Shown here piece after piece: positions 40,297 through 54,064 of a stretch of 64,000 bases of DNA (the first letter of the stretch is position 1; each line of letters opens with the position of its first letter). The notes beneath the pieces were generated by a model, which saw nothing but the letters and a program-made list of their open reading frames with translations, had not been told where the DNA came from and searched no databases. Position numbers and translations under genes: made by a program. The DNA comes from Zancudomyces culisetae HAW-14-8 (Eukaryota; Fungi; Kickxellomycota), in assembly GCA_052426225.1 (NCBI GenBank), contig JBNJNM010000008.1:1860001-1924000 (forward strand), written 5' to 3'.

Positions 40297-41230
40297 ATGA
40301 CAGTTTCGGTTCAGGAATATTTTGATCACATTGACTCCAACACTGGCTACTTGGTTGAGCAGCTTCGGGAGGTTGTAGCCATCCCTAGGTACTGTCAGCA
40401 AAATATACACCGCATTGTATTATTATTTACCCATTACAGATATTACAAAGCCCACTTGCTCTAAAGTACCCTTGACTCGATATTTCACTTTATCAAATAA
40501 TAAATATAGTATAAGTGCCGATGTTGAGCACCGTGGTGAGGTTGTCAGGATGGCAGAGTGACTCAAGGCTAGATGGGAAGGTCTAGGAGCAGAGTATGTT
40601 CATATTTTCTTTATATAGGTTTAAATTTCGTTAAACTAAGCAGTGTGAACCCCGCACTACACCGCCATGTTTCAAAGCTGTTTATTCCTGAAAGTTGAAA
40701 GTATTTTGGTTTTCAACCCCTCCCCCCCCCCCTCTAGAAAACCCAACATAATAGTCGGTTAATGTTACAAAATAACAGGTAATATCAACCTACAAACTCA
40801 TCACAACGCTTGTATTTTTTATATTAAAAAAAGGGTAAGGCTGGTAGATATTGGAACACAAGAGGTAGTCGATTTGACAACTAAATATATCAAGGATCAG
40901 TTTGCCAAACTCAACACCAAACTCAAGGTGGATGTCAAGAGTTCTCATAGTGGAGATTGGTGGTATGCTTCTCCAAACCACCCCAATTTTGTTGCAGGCG
41001 CAAAAGCCGTGAGGAGCGTATTTGGTTTAGACCCCGAGCTGACCAGAGAGGGTGGATCAATCCCCGTTACGATTACTTTGCAGGAAACCATCAGGTTCAA
41101 TGTTTTGCTGCTGCCTACGGGCAGATAGAATGATGGCGCACATTCAACAAACGAGAAGCTTGATAAACATAACTACGTAACTGGGATCAAGTTGTTTGGC
41201 GCGTATTTGCACGAGATTTCTCAACTTTAA
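40297..41230 (+). pseudogene. DUG1: Cys-Gly metallodipeptidase DUG1/CNDP2 pseudogene with internal deletion
   Basis: Exons give MTVSVQEYFDHID...LREVVAIPS|ISADVEHRGEVVRMAE*LK...GAE|VRLVDIGTQE fused to VVDLTTKYI..FAKL...[26 protein letters not shown]; stops TGA 40559 and TAG 41126; catalytic core missing. Confidence 0.88.
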
Positions 41231-41605
41231 AACACTATTGGTGTTAGTTTTAGCCAGTGCTTTTAAGAATTTTTTAGGATCAAATACTTTTTAATAGTCC
41301 TGTTGAATTCTTGACTCAGCTGCCAGATTATTTTTAATCAGCGTTGTAGACACTGAACGTAGGATTAGTAGCATGTCGTATAATTTTTTCTCTAGGTTTG
41401 CCCCTCATTCATGAGTATTATGGCACTTACAGCTTTCGTTTATTGGTATTTTTGATTTATTAGTGAATAGATATACCAATTTATAATTACAAAATAAAAG
41501 GTAAAATAACAATAATTATTAGTTTACAACTCTTACACACACAGTTGCTGATACGGAACATCAACTCCAGCAAAAAAAAAATCTTCAAAGGTATACCCGC
41601 ATCAT

Positions 41606-42919
41606 TTAAATGAAAAATCGGTTTGACTTGTCTAAAGCCTTTTTTACATGGTTCCTCAAGAATACAAAGCATACCCCGGCAAAGAAAAAGGCAACAGCAC
41701 AAATGACAATTAGCTGGCTGTAAGACTCACGGTGTCCAAAATGATCAAAAACCAATCCAAGAATCGGTGTAGTCACAAAGTAAGATAGACCTAAAAACGA
41801 CATTTGTAGCCCATTGACCTCTGCTATTCTTGATAGTGGGTAGTACTTGGCAAAAATTACAGGTGCGACAACAAAAATTGCCCCGGCGAAGAAACCGTAG
41901 ATTGCGTAATAAACATAGTATGTGATATAAGAGTTTGTTCCATACCACAGCGCCATAGTCGCAACTGCAGTTATAAGGTGGGATGCTATAAGCACTGTAA
42001 GCAGACCGATAAATTCAGCTACCTTAACAAGCGAAACTCTTCCAAGGAATGAAAAGACGCAATACAGTATAACTGCATTTTGCGCCACTGTATCTGATGA
42101 CATGCCTTCAGGTATCACTGAGCCAATTGATACGGGAAAGTAGAACATGGGTACGGTTGCTCCAACCTGAAAGAGAAATGAGCCAAGACAGATGTAGATG
42201 ATGAATGGATCTTTCAGTGTTTCCAGTCTTATAACTTTTTTTGGAACCTCTACCTCCACGCGTGGTTTGTATACAACACATGCTAGTACCATTGACACGA
42301 GTGTTATACAGGTCAGTATTCTGAATGTCCAGGCAATTCCAAGTTTGGTTAGGCAAAAAGAAACTAGCGGTGTGGAGGCCAGGGCTCCAATACAGCCGGA
42401 GCTTATAACAACACTAAGTGCCATACCTCTTTTCTTTTCAAACCACATTGTTGTTGTAAATATGGCTGCATTCGCCATTATTGCACATCCAAAACCAAAT
42501 AAAACCCCCTGGGTCAAGGTCAGTTGCCATATCTCGGTGCTAAAGCTGGCCAGAAACAGACCGAGTACACAGGATGCTGTTCCCAAGAATGTTGTGTACC
42601 GGAGACCAATTGTGCTTACAAGAGGGCCGTAAACCACGCTGAGTCCCAAGGAAAGTGTCGCTGAGATGGTTCCTATCCACGAGATCGATGTTGCGCTGCT
42701 TGTTACAAACATTTTGTTCAGGTAGTATGCTTGGAATAGCCCAAAGTAGTTGTAAGCACCAAACGAAGTTACAAACACAAGAATGCCTGAGATAAATACC
42801 AACCATGCATACCCTGTATCCGGCGGAGGTACATCACGCTTTAACTCATCTATGCTGCGCTTTTCAATATCAGATTTCTGATCAACGCTTTTGGCTGAAC
42901 ATGCTTCTGATTTCTCCAT
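41606..42919 (-). CDS. MFS monocarboxylate-porter (MCT/MCH-like) transporter
   Basis: PPDTGYAW motif, FGLFQAYY, SISWIGT, QGVLFGFG, WFEKKRGMA; about 12 TM segments, 437 aa. Confidence 0.92.
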   Translation of the reverse strand: MEKSEACSAKSVDQKSDIEKRSIDELKRDVPPPDTGYAWLVFISGILVFVTSFGAYNYFGLFQAYYLNKMFVTSSATSISWIGTISATLSLGLSVVYGPLVSTIGLRYTTFLGTASCVLGLFLASFSTEIWQLTLTQGVLFGFGCAIMANAAIFTTTMWFEKKRGMALSVVISSGCIGALASTPLVSFCLTKLGIAWTFRILTCITLVSMVLACVVYKPRVEVEVPKKVIRLETLKDPFIIYICLGSFLFQVGATVPMFYFPVSIGSVIPEGMSSDTVAQNAVILYCVFSFLGRVSLVKVAEFIGLLTVLIASHLITAVATMALWYGTNSYITYYVYYAIYGFFAGAIFVVAPVIFAKYYPLSRIAEVNGLQMSFLGLSYFVTTPILGLVFDHFGHRESYSQLIVICAVAFFFAGVCFVFLRNHVKKALDKSNRFFI

Positions 42920-45606
42920 TATGTGTGATGTGTTCTCTTTTTTTATGGTAGAAAGTATTTTTCTATCTGCAGTAATAGTTTTGGCTATTAATATATTCTG
43001 GAGGCGACAAAGACAATGATGTTTTTGTATTTCTGAACCGATGTTGTTTTTTACTTTTTCTTTAAAGAGAAAAAGCGATGCCTTTATATAGAAAATAAGT
43101 GTATCTGTGGAATGATTTTTTTTTTGGATGGTTTAATAGGTATGTTCAACTAGATTTATCAGAAGAAGGGGTTGTCTCACGCACCTACTCTTTTTCTCAC
43201 CAAGTATATGATGAACTCACCATATTCCAATGTGATTTCTTATCTATTAGCTAATGTTTGCCTATTTTTATATTTATATCCTTAAGTTGTAATCCATTTG
43301 GAGCACCTTCCCTTTTCCTTTCAAATGTGTTGTAAAAATACAAAAAATTCATAAACACAACCCCCTTCCTTATCGGTCCTCTTGTTTCCTGCATTCATTA
43401 ATTTGATTTTCTTTTTTTTTCCTGTTTTCTTGAGAGCGGGTTCAAGGTGAGAAAATTTTTTTTAGCTACACCCAAAGCTATCTAAACTGAAGCATATTTC
43501 AAATCGATTACAAATTTCGTAGATTAAAAAGTATTACTTTCCCACTACCATGAGTTGGTTTTCAGAAAACACACAAAATATAAAAACAAACTCCTTCTCT
43601 TATCATTTAAAGAGGTATTATTGTCTCGATTTGGGCTTGCCCTGTAGTCGCAGCTACAACTGTCCCCTCTCCTCTCTTTGTTTTCGATATTTTCGCTTTC
43701 TTGAACCGTTTCTGTCCTCATTAGTTGATTTTAGAGAGTATATTAACCTGTGCACTTTTGGGAATAGTAACATGTCTTCATTGCATCAATAAAAAACTCA
43801 TCAATAAAAATCCATGTTCATAAAAAAAAAGAGTGTAAAAGTGTGGGAACATACCCTTTTTGGTTTAATTGTAGAACTTTGCGCAAATTTTAATACCACT
43901 AATTACCCCTAAAAAAAGTGAAACGTGGAAAAAAAAAATTTTTTTTCTCATGGAAAAGTAACATATGAAATTAAACTGCAAAAAAGAATAAACAAAAGAG
44001 AATGGTGGGAAGAAAGTCGTGGAAGGGGGAAAAATAGTGCACTGATTTTCTGGGGGGGGGGGGAGCAGAATTTATAGCGAAATAAATGAGTACTTGACGG
44101 TGATGGTGATGGTGGATAAAAGCGTGACCCCAATTTTAATTAACTCCTCCAAATCAACCCAATTGCTAATCTGATACCAAAACAAGATATTACTCAGTTA
44201 ACAGAAAAACTAGCACTACTTTTTTTTGTCCACCGAGTCAAGTTAATCTAAGCAAAGAGAATAAATTGAACGAATGGAGGGGTGTGTTAATCTGATATAT
44301 CCATCTTGATTCATATTCCTGACTCTAGAGTGTATACCCTAAGAGGTATGACATGTGAGTGTGTTCTCAATTTGGAAATATTGTAGTACAAATATATGAA
44401 TTTCCACCAACTTTGTATTATTCACACGAGCAAGGCGTTTGATGCTCGAAAGGTGTATATATTGAAAACAATTTGTTGGGTTTGGCAGTATCATTCTCTA
44501 AAAAGAGATTGGAGGGTATGAAAGAAACAACACAACAAAAGAAATAACACAATCATTCAATTTTGCTATTTTGGTTACAGATTAGAATAGAAAATAGGGT
44601 AGCAGGTACACAGATGAGAAATGTAAATCTAATTGTGATAGAATCTGCATCTGAAACCCCAAAACTGACTTTTTCCCATGATATGCAGAAAATTATTAAA
44701 AAGTGGAAAATTTTTTTATCGATAGTGAGTCAGTTTGGTAAATCCAGTTCCAAGTGTATGTAGAAGCATGTGGAAAAGTGTTCTGAACTAGCTCAACTAT
44801 AAAGTTATTTTTTATTGGAGAGTATCATGGTTGACTATGTTTGGATTGTGTATTTTGATGGAAAACCCTGGCACTTTTTTTCCCACAGTAAAAGAAATGA
44901 AGAGGATAGAAGACAGAAGAAAAAAACAGAAACACCACGCTGGTAGGGTAGATCGAATTTCTAAAAGCAGTTCTTATCCGACCAAAGAAAAAGCGAGAGA
45001 GGAGCTTTGACAGAACTAAATGACTTTGATATCTCGAATAGGATTTAAGGATACGATTTGTTTTGTATTTTTCTCTCCACCCTGTCTCTTTTCGCAAGTG
45101 TGAATCAAAGTGGGTGTGTCCAATAAAATAAGTGCACCTTTTTGTATGGTATTGGGGTCTGTTGAGGTGAATAAACCCCCCCTCTCCCTTTAGGTCCCCA
45201 GATGATCAATGGTTATTCACAAACAATTACTACATGTTCCTTTCCCACATCATCTTATTTTTTTTGAATGCTTTTTTGTAATGGTTTTGATGTCGCTTGT
45301 CCTCGTTCCAAAATCAACAATCCAAATGTGCGGTAAAAGCAGACTTTTATTTTATTTTATTTTATTTTTCCCAGCACATGGGTGAGTTTCGGCCAATTTT
45401 GAAACATCCAAACCCCCTACATCCGATTTGTGGACGATTCACATTATTAGCAACATTGAAATCACAGAGTTATTCAATAACAAAAAATACCAGTTCTCAA
45501 ATTCAGGATTTTTTTTCATTAAACCAAATTTACATTAACTATTATACAAAACAAGTCAAGCACGACCAACCTAATACTTGGGAAATAGAACAGGAAGGAA
45601 TAATAT

Positions 45607-46632
45607 ATGATCATGGATAATAGTAATGTAACAGTGAAACGAAAGGAGGATTGGTATCTTGATGCAAAAAAATATTGGGAACAGATCGAATCTACAGAAA
45701 ATGGAATGCTCGGCGGACTACCTGAAACGCACGAACCAGATATGAAGGATTCGCGAGCATTGTTAGATTCAATATTATTGACAGATAAGGGACCAGGAAA
45801 TGGCAATGTAGATCAGGAAAAAAAATACGCATTAGGTACGTACTAATCGGTTTGAATCCCACATTCCTAATAACATGAAGCTGTTAAAGCTGTGCAGTTA
45901 TAATCGTATATTGTTTACAAAGGTAGTGAACTGATTTTAAATGGTGAATAAGAATATAAACACTTGCACATGTACATAAATAATAGACTGTGGAGCAGGC
46001 ATTGGCAGAATTTCGAGATTTTTGCTGGCGGATTACTTTGACTATATAGATTTGGTTGAGCAGGAGGCAAAATTTGTAGAAACTGCACGAACGGTATATT
46101 TAAAAGACCTTGTTGAAGAGAAAAAAATGCTCGATATGTATGTTTCTGGGTTGCAAGATTTTACGCCAAAAAAGGAGCGATACGATGTAATATGGTGCCA
46201 GTGGGTGTTAAGCCACCTGACAGATGGTAAGTGAGCGCTACACCACTCGTGTTTAATCTTTTTAATTATCAGCTCTTTTGGATGAAGATTTATAAGGGGA
46301 AAAAAAGAGATGCTTGCATATGTGTTGGTGTTTGTATTTTTAATGCCTGTGACGTTTTATTCAGTTGTTGAAAAAATAAAATAGATGATCTGGTTAGTTT
46401 TCTGAAGAGATGTAAACAAGGGTTGAAGGCAAATGATCGTGGATTTATAGTAGTGAAGGAAAACACTAGCACACGGAATTATGTGATAGATGAAGAAGAT
46501 AGTAGTGTTACACGGGCATCTGTTGTGTTTGAGGATCTTTTTAAGCGGGCTGGACTAAAAGTCAAGCTCCGAAGGATCCAGAAGGGATTTCCAGAGAAAC
46601 TATTCCAAGTCAAGATGTGGGTTCTTTATTGA
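45607..46632 (+). CDS. NTM1: Alpha-N-terminal protein methyltransferase NTM1/TAE1 (3 exons)
   Basis: YWEQI...NGMLGG, ALD|CGAGIGRI, LQDFTP..RYDVIWCQWVLSHLTD, VVKEN, DEEDSSVTR, GFPEKLFQVKMW. Confidence 0.93.
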
Positions 46633-47858
46633 AATTAGAATTATTCTTTCTTTCTTTTTTGTCTGTTGTAAAGAGAAATGTAGAAATTCAACATGGGTGG
46701 ATGATATAGAGTAGAAAACAGGATCAGTTTATATACCTTTTATTTCATAGAGACTAATTTGTGAATTTATGGTATGGTTACCAATAATAGTTACGTGACA
46801 TTTTGATTTGGTCTTTTTGGGGGGGTTTTTTTGTAGGGGGGAGGGGAAGGGATGTATTCTGTTAAATGTATAAGCTACTTGGCATACTTGGGGAAATTGT
46901 AGAATCCTTTAAAAGTGTCAGTATATGAATTAGCGAGTATAACTTTGAAAGTGGTGGGTGTGGTTGTGTTGTATTTATATGACTTGTCCCTATTTCAAAA
47001 ATAAATAAACAGAAAAGTAAAAGCGATAAGCATCGAGGACATTTCTAGATGCTGTTGGATGTAAGAGTATGGGGAAAAGGTTTGGTGTGGAAAAAAAGGA
47101 CGAGAGGAGGGAGTAGATAATATATAACGGTATCAACATAAATAATTGTGATCAAGGGGGAAGGGAGCAAGACTTGTTTACGTGTATGTGTATATAATTT
47201 ATGAGTTACGTTATTGGGAATGTGGGTGAATAATGAAAGTTCTTAAATTAAATAGGAAATTTGGCCAAAAATAGTTCTACAAAATAAAAGCGTGATGGGG
47301 AAAAACTAATAACCCAGATTAAAAAACATTGGAAAATGATTTATGCAAGATTCAGTAAGCAAGGCAAAGTAGTTTAATGAAAAATGTTGAACTTGGTCAA
47401 ACAAAGCGAATTTCAGGATAATCTAATATCTAAAAGGGATTTTTTTTTATTCAAAAAAAAATAAATATGAAAGTGAAAATGAAAACGGAAATGGATGAAA
47501 TAGTAAAAGCGCGATCCAATAAAATCCGTAAAAGTAACAAAATATTCTTTATATTTATATCGCATTATTCTTTTGCTTAGTAGATATGTGCATAAAAAAA
47601 AAAGAAAACATTGCGGGATTTGTTAATAATTGAATTTTAATAACCCAACAATGTGTGTAAAAAACAAACGATAAATAGACAGCAAATTAAAATTTTGTAT
47701 TTTTATCCCCGTCATAGTATACTATACTATTTTAAAGTATACTTTATATTATGAAAGAAAAAACAAGCCAAGCCAATTGTTAAATAAACAAGTACATAAA
47801 TCTCAGCATATAAAAGATCAATTAACAATAAAAAAAGATAAAGAAGGGTAAAAGAGGG

Positions 47859-50710
47859 ATGGGATCAGAGAGGGTTAGATATAGAAAGCAACCGGGAGGT
47901 GGTGGAAATCAAGGGTATGAATTACCCATCCTAATGAGCCCGGAAGGACAATTGGAGGCTGAGAAAGGAAGTCCAGTATTTGGACAGGGCGAGGACGATG
48001 GAGAACATAAGCTTCATGGATATATGTCCAGCGGAAACGTGACAAGGATATACAGCCATTACGATCAGGATGGAGGATATCTTAACGAGCATGAGCAGAA
48101 GGGAGACCAATATTTCAATGGGAGGAGAGTGGAGCAGGGAGGAACCAGGAGACGAACTTTTACCAAAAAGAATTGGATGACGATTATACTATTGGTACTG
48201 TTCGGGGCGTTCATTAGACTATGGAGGCTAAAATGGCCAACTCAAGTAGTGTAAGTGATAATACTAAATATGTATAAACGTTGTATGGTACGAGAGATGA
48301 GATTGAAGTGGGGTGAGGGGGGGGGGGGTTGAGAGAGGATGTTAATATGTAGTGATAATATGAAAAACATAGGTTTGACGAGGTTCATTTTGGAAAGCAT
48401 GCAGGAATGTATATAAACCAGACATATTTTATGGATGTACACCCACCACTTGCAAAAATGTCGTTTGCAGCAGTAGGTAAACTAGGAGGGTATGATGGAG
48501 TGTTCGATTTCAAAACGATAGGGTTAGAGTATGGACCAACAGGAGTGCCATATGTATTTATGCGTCTATTCGCAGCACTTGCAGGGCTGATGATGGTTCC
48601 GATAACGTATATTACAATAGCGGTATATGGAGGAAGTGATGAGGCAAGTTTATTCGGAGCGATAGCGGTGATGCTGGAAAACTCGTATGTGACAATATCA
48701 CGATACATCTTGCTTGATTCAACGCTGTTGTTTTATACAGGACTGACAACAATGTTTTGGGGACTGTTTTTGCGGGAAGAGAAACGGCCGTTTAGCAAAA
48801 GATGGTGGGTGTACTTGGTAGCCACAGGAATGAGTTTGGGTAATACAATGAGCAGCAAATGGGTAGGATTGTTTTTGGTGGCATCAATTGGGCTGTGGAC
48901 AGTTGGAGATTTGTGGAACAAGGTAACGGACTATCGAGTATCAATGAGGGATGTGGGAAAACATATTTTGGGGAGAGCTATTGGATTGATAGCTGTACCA
49001 ATTGCAGTGTATATGTTTTGGTTTGCCGTACATTTCAGGACACTTCATAAATCAGGAAGCGGAGATGCGTTTATGAGCCCAGAGTTTCAAGGTACATTGG
49101 ATGGAATGGACAAGATACAGCCGACATTCCAGGACGTGTACTATGGATCAGTGATTCGACTCAGACACCATGCGAGTAACAATGGATATTTGCATTCACA
49201 TGCATCAAAGTATACAACAGGATCTAAGCAACAACAGATAACACTATATGGATATCGTGACGATAATAACTATTGGGTGATTGAGAGGACACAAAAGATG
49301 CACAAAAAGGCGCTTGAGAATGGCGACATCAAGAAATTGGTACCAGTAAAGGCAGGCGAGGTTATTAGGCTGCGACATGTATCTACACGTCGATGCTTGC
49401 ATTCTCACGATAAGCGAGCACCAGTGACAACCAAGGATTACCATAATGAAGTGTCTGGTTATGGAGACGACGAGTTCCAGGGAGATGATAACGATGACTG
49501 GATTGTACGAATCATTGAAGGCAACAAGAATGTGCCAGATTCGACAAAGCGACTAATGTCGATCCACAGCAAGTTCCGACTGATTCACCGCAACCAGCGG
49601 TGTGCGTTATATTCCAATCGAGTAAAACTACCCAAGTGGGCATTTGAGCAAACCGAAGTCACGTGTATGAAAAACGCAAAGGTTCCACGAACTCTATGGC
49701 GCATCGAATCAGCCAGCCACCCCTCTATGCCACAGGACGCACCGATAGCCAAGTATGAAACACCAGGTTTCCTAGCCAAATTAGTTGAGGCTCATAAAGT
49801 CATGTTGCGAGTAAACAACGGTCTGACCAGTTCGCACTTTTACGAGTCGCGACCACATACTTGGCCATGGATGCGACGGGGAATTGGCTACTGGTCAACA
49901 AAGACCAATGCAGTGTATCTGTTGGGTAACCCAATAGTCTGGCTATTGTCACTCGCTTCTGTTGCACTGTTTGCTGTAGTTCAAGCTGTTCTTGCTCTGC
50001 GTGACAAGCGAGGATACCGTGACCAGCTGGGAGGAGTGCGGAACGTCTATTTCAGTGCTGGTGGCTTTTTTGCCATTTCCTGGGCACTACACTACTTCCC
50101 CTTCTTTATTATGAAACGTCAGTTGTTTATTCACCACTACTTGCCTGCTCTGTGGTTCTCCATTCTTTTGTTCATCTTTACTGTTGATTTGTCGACTCGC
50201 AGACTCAAGGCTGGCCATAAAAACATTGTCTACATTGTCCTGACCCTTCTTATCTTCAATGCCTTCTACCGTCTTAGTCCCCTATCGTATGGATCTTCTT
50301 CTTGGTCCGAGTCTAGCTGCAAACGCTCAAAATACTTTTCTTCTTGGGATTACGACTGTTCCAAGTACAGACCACAACCTCCTGTTCCACCTCCATCTCG
50401 TCCACAGCAAAAACAACAGGATGCACCTCCAATTCCTGCCGCTGAAGATCCTGCTGTTCACCTCAACAATGACCAAGTCAAACCTGTTGACAATCTAGAT
50501 GCCGAGCTTAGTCTTAACAAAATTGCTCCAAAACTCAACTCTGATGAACAACTTAAAATCGAACAAGAAAAGCTCATGTTTAAGGATGAATATAAAGACA
50601 AAGACAAAAAAGACGCAAGTGAAAGCAGTTCTTCTGGCGCTGACTCTGCTGTTGCTGCTGCTCCTGTCTCTGCCTCCTCTAACGATGCTGATGATGCCCC
50701 GCACGACTAA
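47859..50710 (+). CDS. PMT1: Dolichyl-phosphate-mannose-protein O-mannosyltransferase, PMT1-like (exons 47859-48250, 48373-50710)
   Basis: VVFDEVHFG, FMDVHPPLAKM, SRYILLD, SSKWVG, MIR domains (YLHSH, GSKQQQITLY), YLLGNP, RQLFIHHYLPAL. Confidence 0.9.
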
Positions 50711-50986
50711 ATTATTTTTTTTCGCTAGTTATCTTTTTTTCTATTCATAAAGTAAAATCCAATCAATTAGTATTTGGAAATAAAGAAAAAGTTATAATAT
50801 ACTAATTAATATGGCACCATAGATAAATCTATCCTTTATTTTAATTTTTTCATTTTCATTTTCATTTTCGATTTATATTTGTCCCAACTTTTTGAACTTG
50901 GTAAATACAAGAAAAAATCATAAATACTAAAAGAGAGAAGAGAATAAAGGAACAGCAGAACAAACAACTGTACAAAAACAAATAAA

Positions 50987-52689
50987 ATGAATAACGACCC
51001 AAATCCCGATCAAAAAGCTATTCCACGACTCTCCAATCGACAACGTAAACTTGCAGAACGACAACGCCTTGCTGTGGCTGCCAATTCCACACTCAATCAT
51101 AGCGCATTTCGTGAGCTGGAGCGCAATTTTCGTCGCAAGGATGAAGCCAGCATTGATTTTTCCCGTGTTATTGATTTTGCCTGTCCTGATTCTAGAGCGA
51201 AATTTGGTGTTCGCGAAGTGATCCTCCAGCATTGTTTTGGCGAATTGGATCCTGTCACGTTTGTACATGATAATTCGAACACCCCCAACACTGATCCTAC
51301 TGCTGCTGGTATAACAAGGGCGTATACCCTCGATGGGTTTGATGGTCTTATAGTTATACCCAACCCGTTCACACCCACAGCACAACGCAGTTTAGTTCGG
51401 GACTGTTTATGTGAATTTTCTAGAGCTGTTCCTACAACTACAACTACAACTACTAATGATATCAATACGGTTGATCCAAATTCTCTATCATTATCCGTGA
51501 CAAAGACAAACCTGCATCCCTTTTGGAAGAATATTAATTCTACAACTCAGTCGTTATTCGAGAAACTATTGGAAGAGCAACAAACCGAAACAACTAGTGA
51601 CTTACTACAAGTTGTACATTCTGAATCATTTGGTTGTACAGATTCGAGTAGCTGTGCTCTATCTAAAACTAATCAGCCAGAGCAGCACCAATCGAACCTA
51701 GACAATGGAAAAGAACAAAAACAAGAACAAAAACAAGAACAAGAACAAAAGGATCAGTCAGACTATCTTGCTCTTACAAAACCCAAATCCAAGTTCTATA
51801 CATCTAACCAGTCTGCAACAGACTTGGTGGATCACTGGCGATGGACCACTTTTGGACTCGAATACAATTGGTCAACAAAATCGTACAACAACATGCCAGC
51901 AAATTCATCAAACACCGAAAATGCTAACCCACCTGTATACATAAACCCCAAAATACAACATCTATTCAAAACTATAATCTATGGCGTCCATAATGCACAC
52001 TTACAAGATAACAATTCTGCATCAGCCGATCAACAACCCGAAAATAAAAACAATAGTACAACAATATTGAATGATTATGATCCCAAGAAATACTTTGTTG
52101 AAGCTGGTATCATCAATTATTATAACCCGACTAGTTGTTTACTTGCCCATGTTGACAAAAGTGAAGTCAATATGGATGCGCCATTGGTGTCCATTAGTCT
52201 TGGATGTAGTTGTATATATTTGTTATCTGATAGTGGAACCAATGAATATACGACTGATTGTCCCAACAGCAGTAGTACTAATTCCGCCACTAATCATTGT
52301 AAAGATGGAAAAGATGGAAATGTGATCCCTATACGTCTAAGAAGTGGTGACATTTTGGTTTGTTGCAAACGAGTACGGTCTAGTTACCATGGTAAGTTTA
52401 TTTTCCACTACACTAAAAACTAATATATCCGTTCATCTATCTTATCATTTATTCCTTACTCTCTACCCCCTATTTTTCAATGATACTTGTATTTTTTTAT
52501 TGTTCATTTACTTTAGGTGTGCCAAAAATCTTTGCAAATACCTGTCCCTCATTTTTGCTGGATCCAGAACTGCCTGATGAAAAAACGGATACCTATACCA
52601 CCAATTCTACAGATCCTTTATCGTGGCTACCCTTTGCCAATTATATTTCGAACCACCGAATTAACATTAATGCTAGACAATGCTTCTAA
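50987..52689 (+). CDS. ALKBH1: AlkB homolog 1-like Fe(II)/2-oxoglutarate dioxygenase (exons 50987-52391, 52517-52689)
   Basis: RWTTFGLEYNWSTKSY, EAGIINYY, LAHVDKSE (HxD), PLVSISLG, LRSGD, YHG|VPKI, RININARQ. Confidence 0.9.
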
Positions 52690-53211
52690 TGAAATAAAGA
52701 GTATTATTTTTTTTTATTAGAGGTTTGTAAGCGTGAATATATTTCATGCATATGTTGGTGGATAAATTATGTTTATTATAGAATATATACACCGAATAAA
52801 AATGGTGATATGTGGCAAAAGAAAAGAAATAAAAAAGTTTCGGTGGCTGATTTCATATCCAAACTATGATATTAGATTTTTAGAAATTTAAAACATTTTG
52901 GCTTTCTCCTACCCTCCTCTAGTTCCTTTTTCTTTTTGATTTAATAATAGTTAAGCCTTTTTAATCATCTTTTATTATTGTCAAATATACTTTGCATTCT
53001 CTAATACCTCTGGATATGTATTACTTGCACTGATCATTCATAACATCACACAACATAACACATTATTTCATACATTTACACATACAAACTACAATAAACT
53101 GCAATAAACTCATATTCATTTTTTTATTATTAAAAAATATACTGACATATACACTTTTCATCACGACGCAATAAAAAAGCAAAAAAATAAAAAGAACAAG
53201 CACTCCCGTAA

Positions 53212-53832
53212 ATGAGTATAGCGAAAACTGTCGGAGGACTCTTTGAACGAATGTTTGGATTTATCGAACGGATTATACACCGGATCATTTATCTATTTAT
53301 AAATGGTAGGTATCAAACTACTATTATCACTACCATTACTATTGTTATTACTATTAAAATTTTCCCATTAAAAAACCAACAAATGCCCAAGTGGGTAATA
53401 GTACCTCATATTAGTAATTCCAGCCTTCACTTTAACTTTATCATCTTTTTTACAACAATAGAAAAGTCTAAAATAACTCTGGCTATAAGAAACTACTATA
53501 ACGAATCGGGGATTGAAGAACCACCATGGCTCGATATTCCTCCTCCAGACCCCTTCTTTGAGGATGAGGAACATGAAAGACAGCTACAGCTACAATTGCA
53601 AGAAGAACAATTTGCTGGTATTGTAGGCGAGCCAGGAGAACCAAATGCAGAGGGTGAAAGAGAGGAATTCACATCGTATCGCCCAGTTAGTGGATCGCCC
53701 GTATCCCCATCACCACATAATACCTCGCGCTTACCCTCACCCTCACTTTCACCTGCTCCTTCACCTACCGCGCCCCACTACTCTTATCACTCTCGTAGCC
53801 CTTCCCCTTCCAGAAACAGGAAAAGAACTTGA
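53212..53832 (+). CDS. Mso1-like (Sec1-binding) small protein; exons 53212-53305, 53462-53832
   Basis: After GTAGGT..TAG intron: ITLAIRNYYNESGIEEPPWL resembles the Mso1 N-terminal motif (I..AL..YY...G...P.WL); Pro/Ser-rich tail. Confidence 0.55.
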   Translation: MSIAKTVGGLFERMFGFIERIIHRIIYLFINGRYQTTIITTITIVITIKIFPLKNQQMPKWVIVPHISNSSLHFNFIIFFTTIEKSKITLAIRNYYNESGIEEPPWLDIPPPDPFFEDEEHERQLQLQLQEEQFAGIVGEPGEPNAEGEREEFTSYRPVSGSPVSPSPHNTSRLPSPSLSPAPSPTAPHYSYHSRSPSPSRNRKRT

Positions 53833-54064
53833 AGGTTGGATACAATTATTCGATTTTACCTTTCCTTTCCTTTATTTTCCTTTAGTGTCTTTTCCTTGTA
53901 TTTTCTTTTATAATCTTTGTTTTAGCTTCTTCCTTTTACAGGTATTTATATAGTTATGTTTAGATGTTTCATTATAAAATGTTCTTTTAAGTATCATTAA
54001 TTGTAGTTTAAATAAAAAGATAAGCATAAAATAATAGTCAATAAAAAGATATTTAAGGCTACTA

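Noticed and set aside
40559-40561. In-frame TGA in DUG1 as possible selenocysteine or readthrough (some early-diverging fungi use Sec)
   Set aside because: It replaces a position normally Trp rather than Cys, the gene also has a TAG and a large deletion, and no SECIS was recognised
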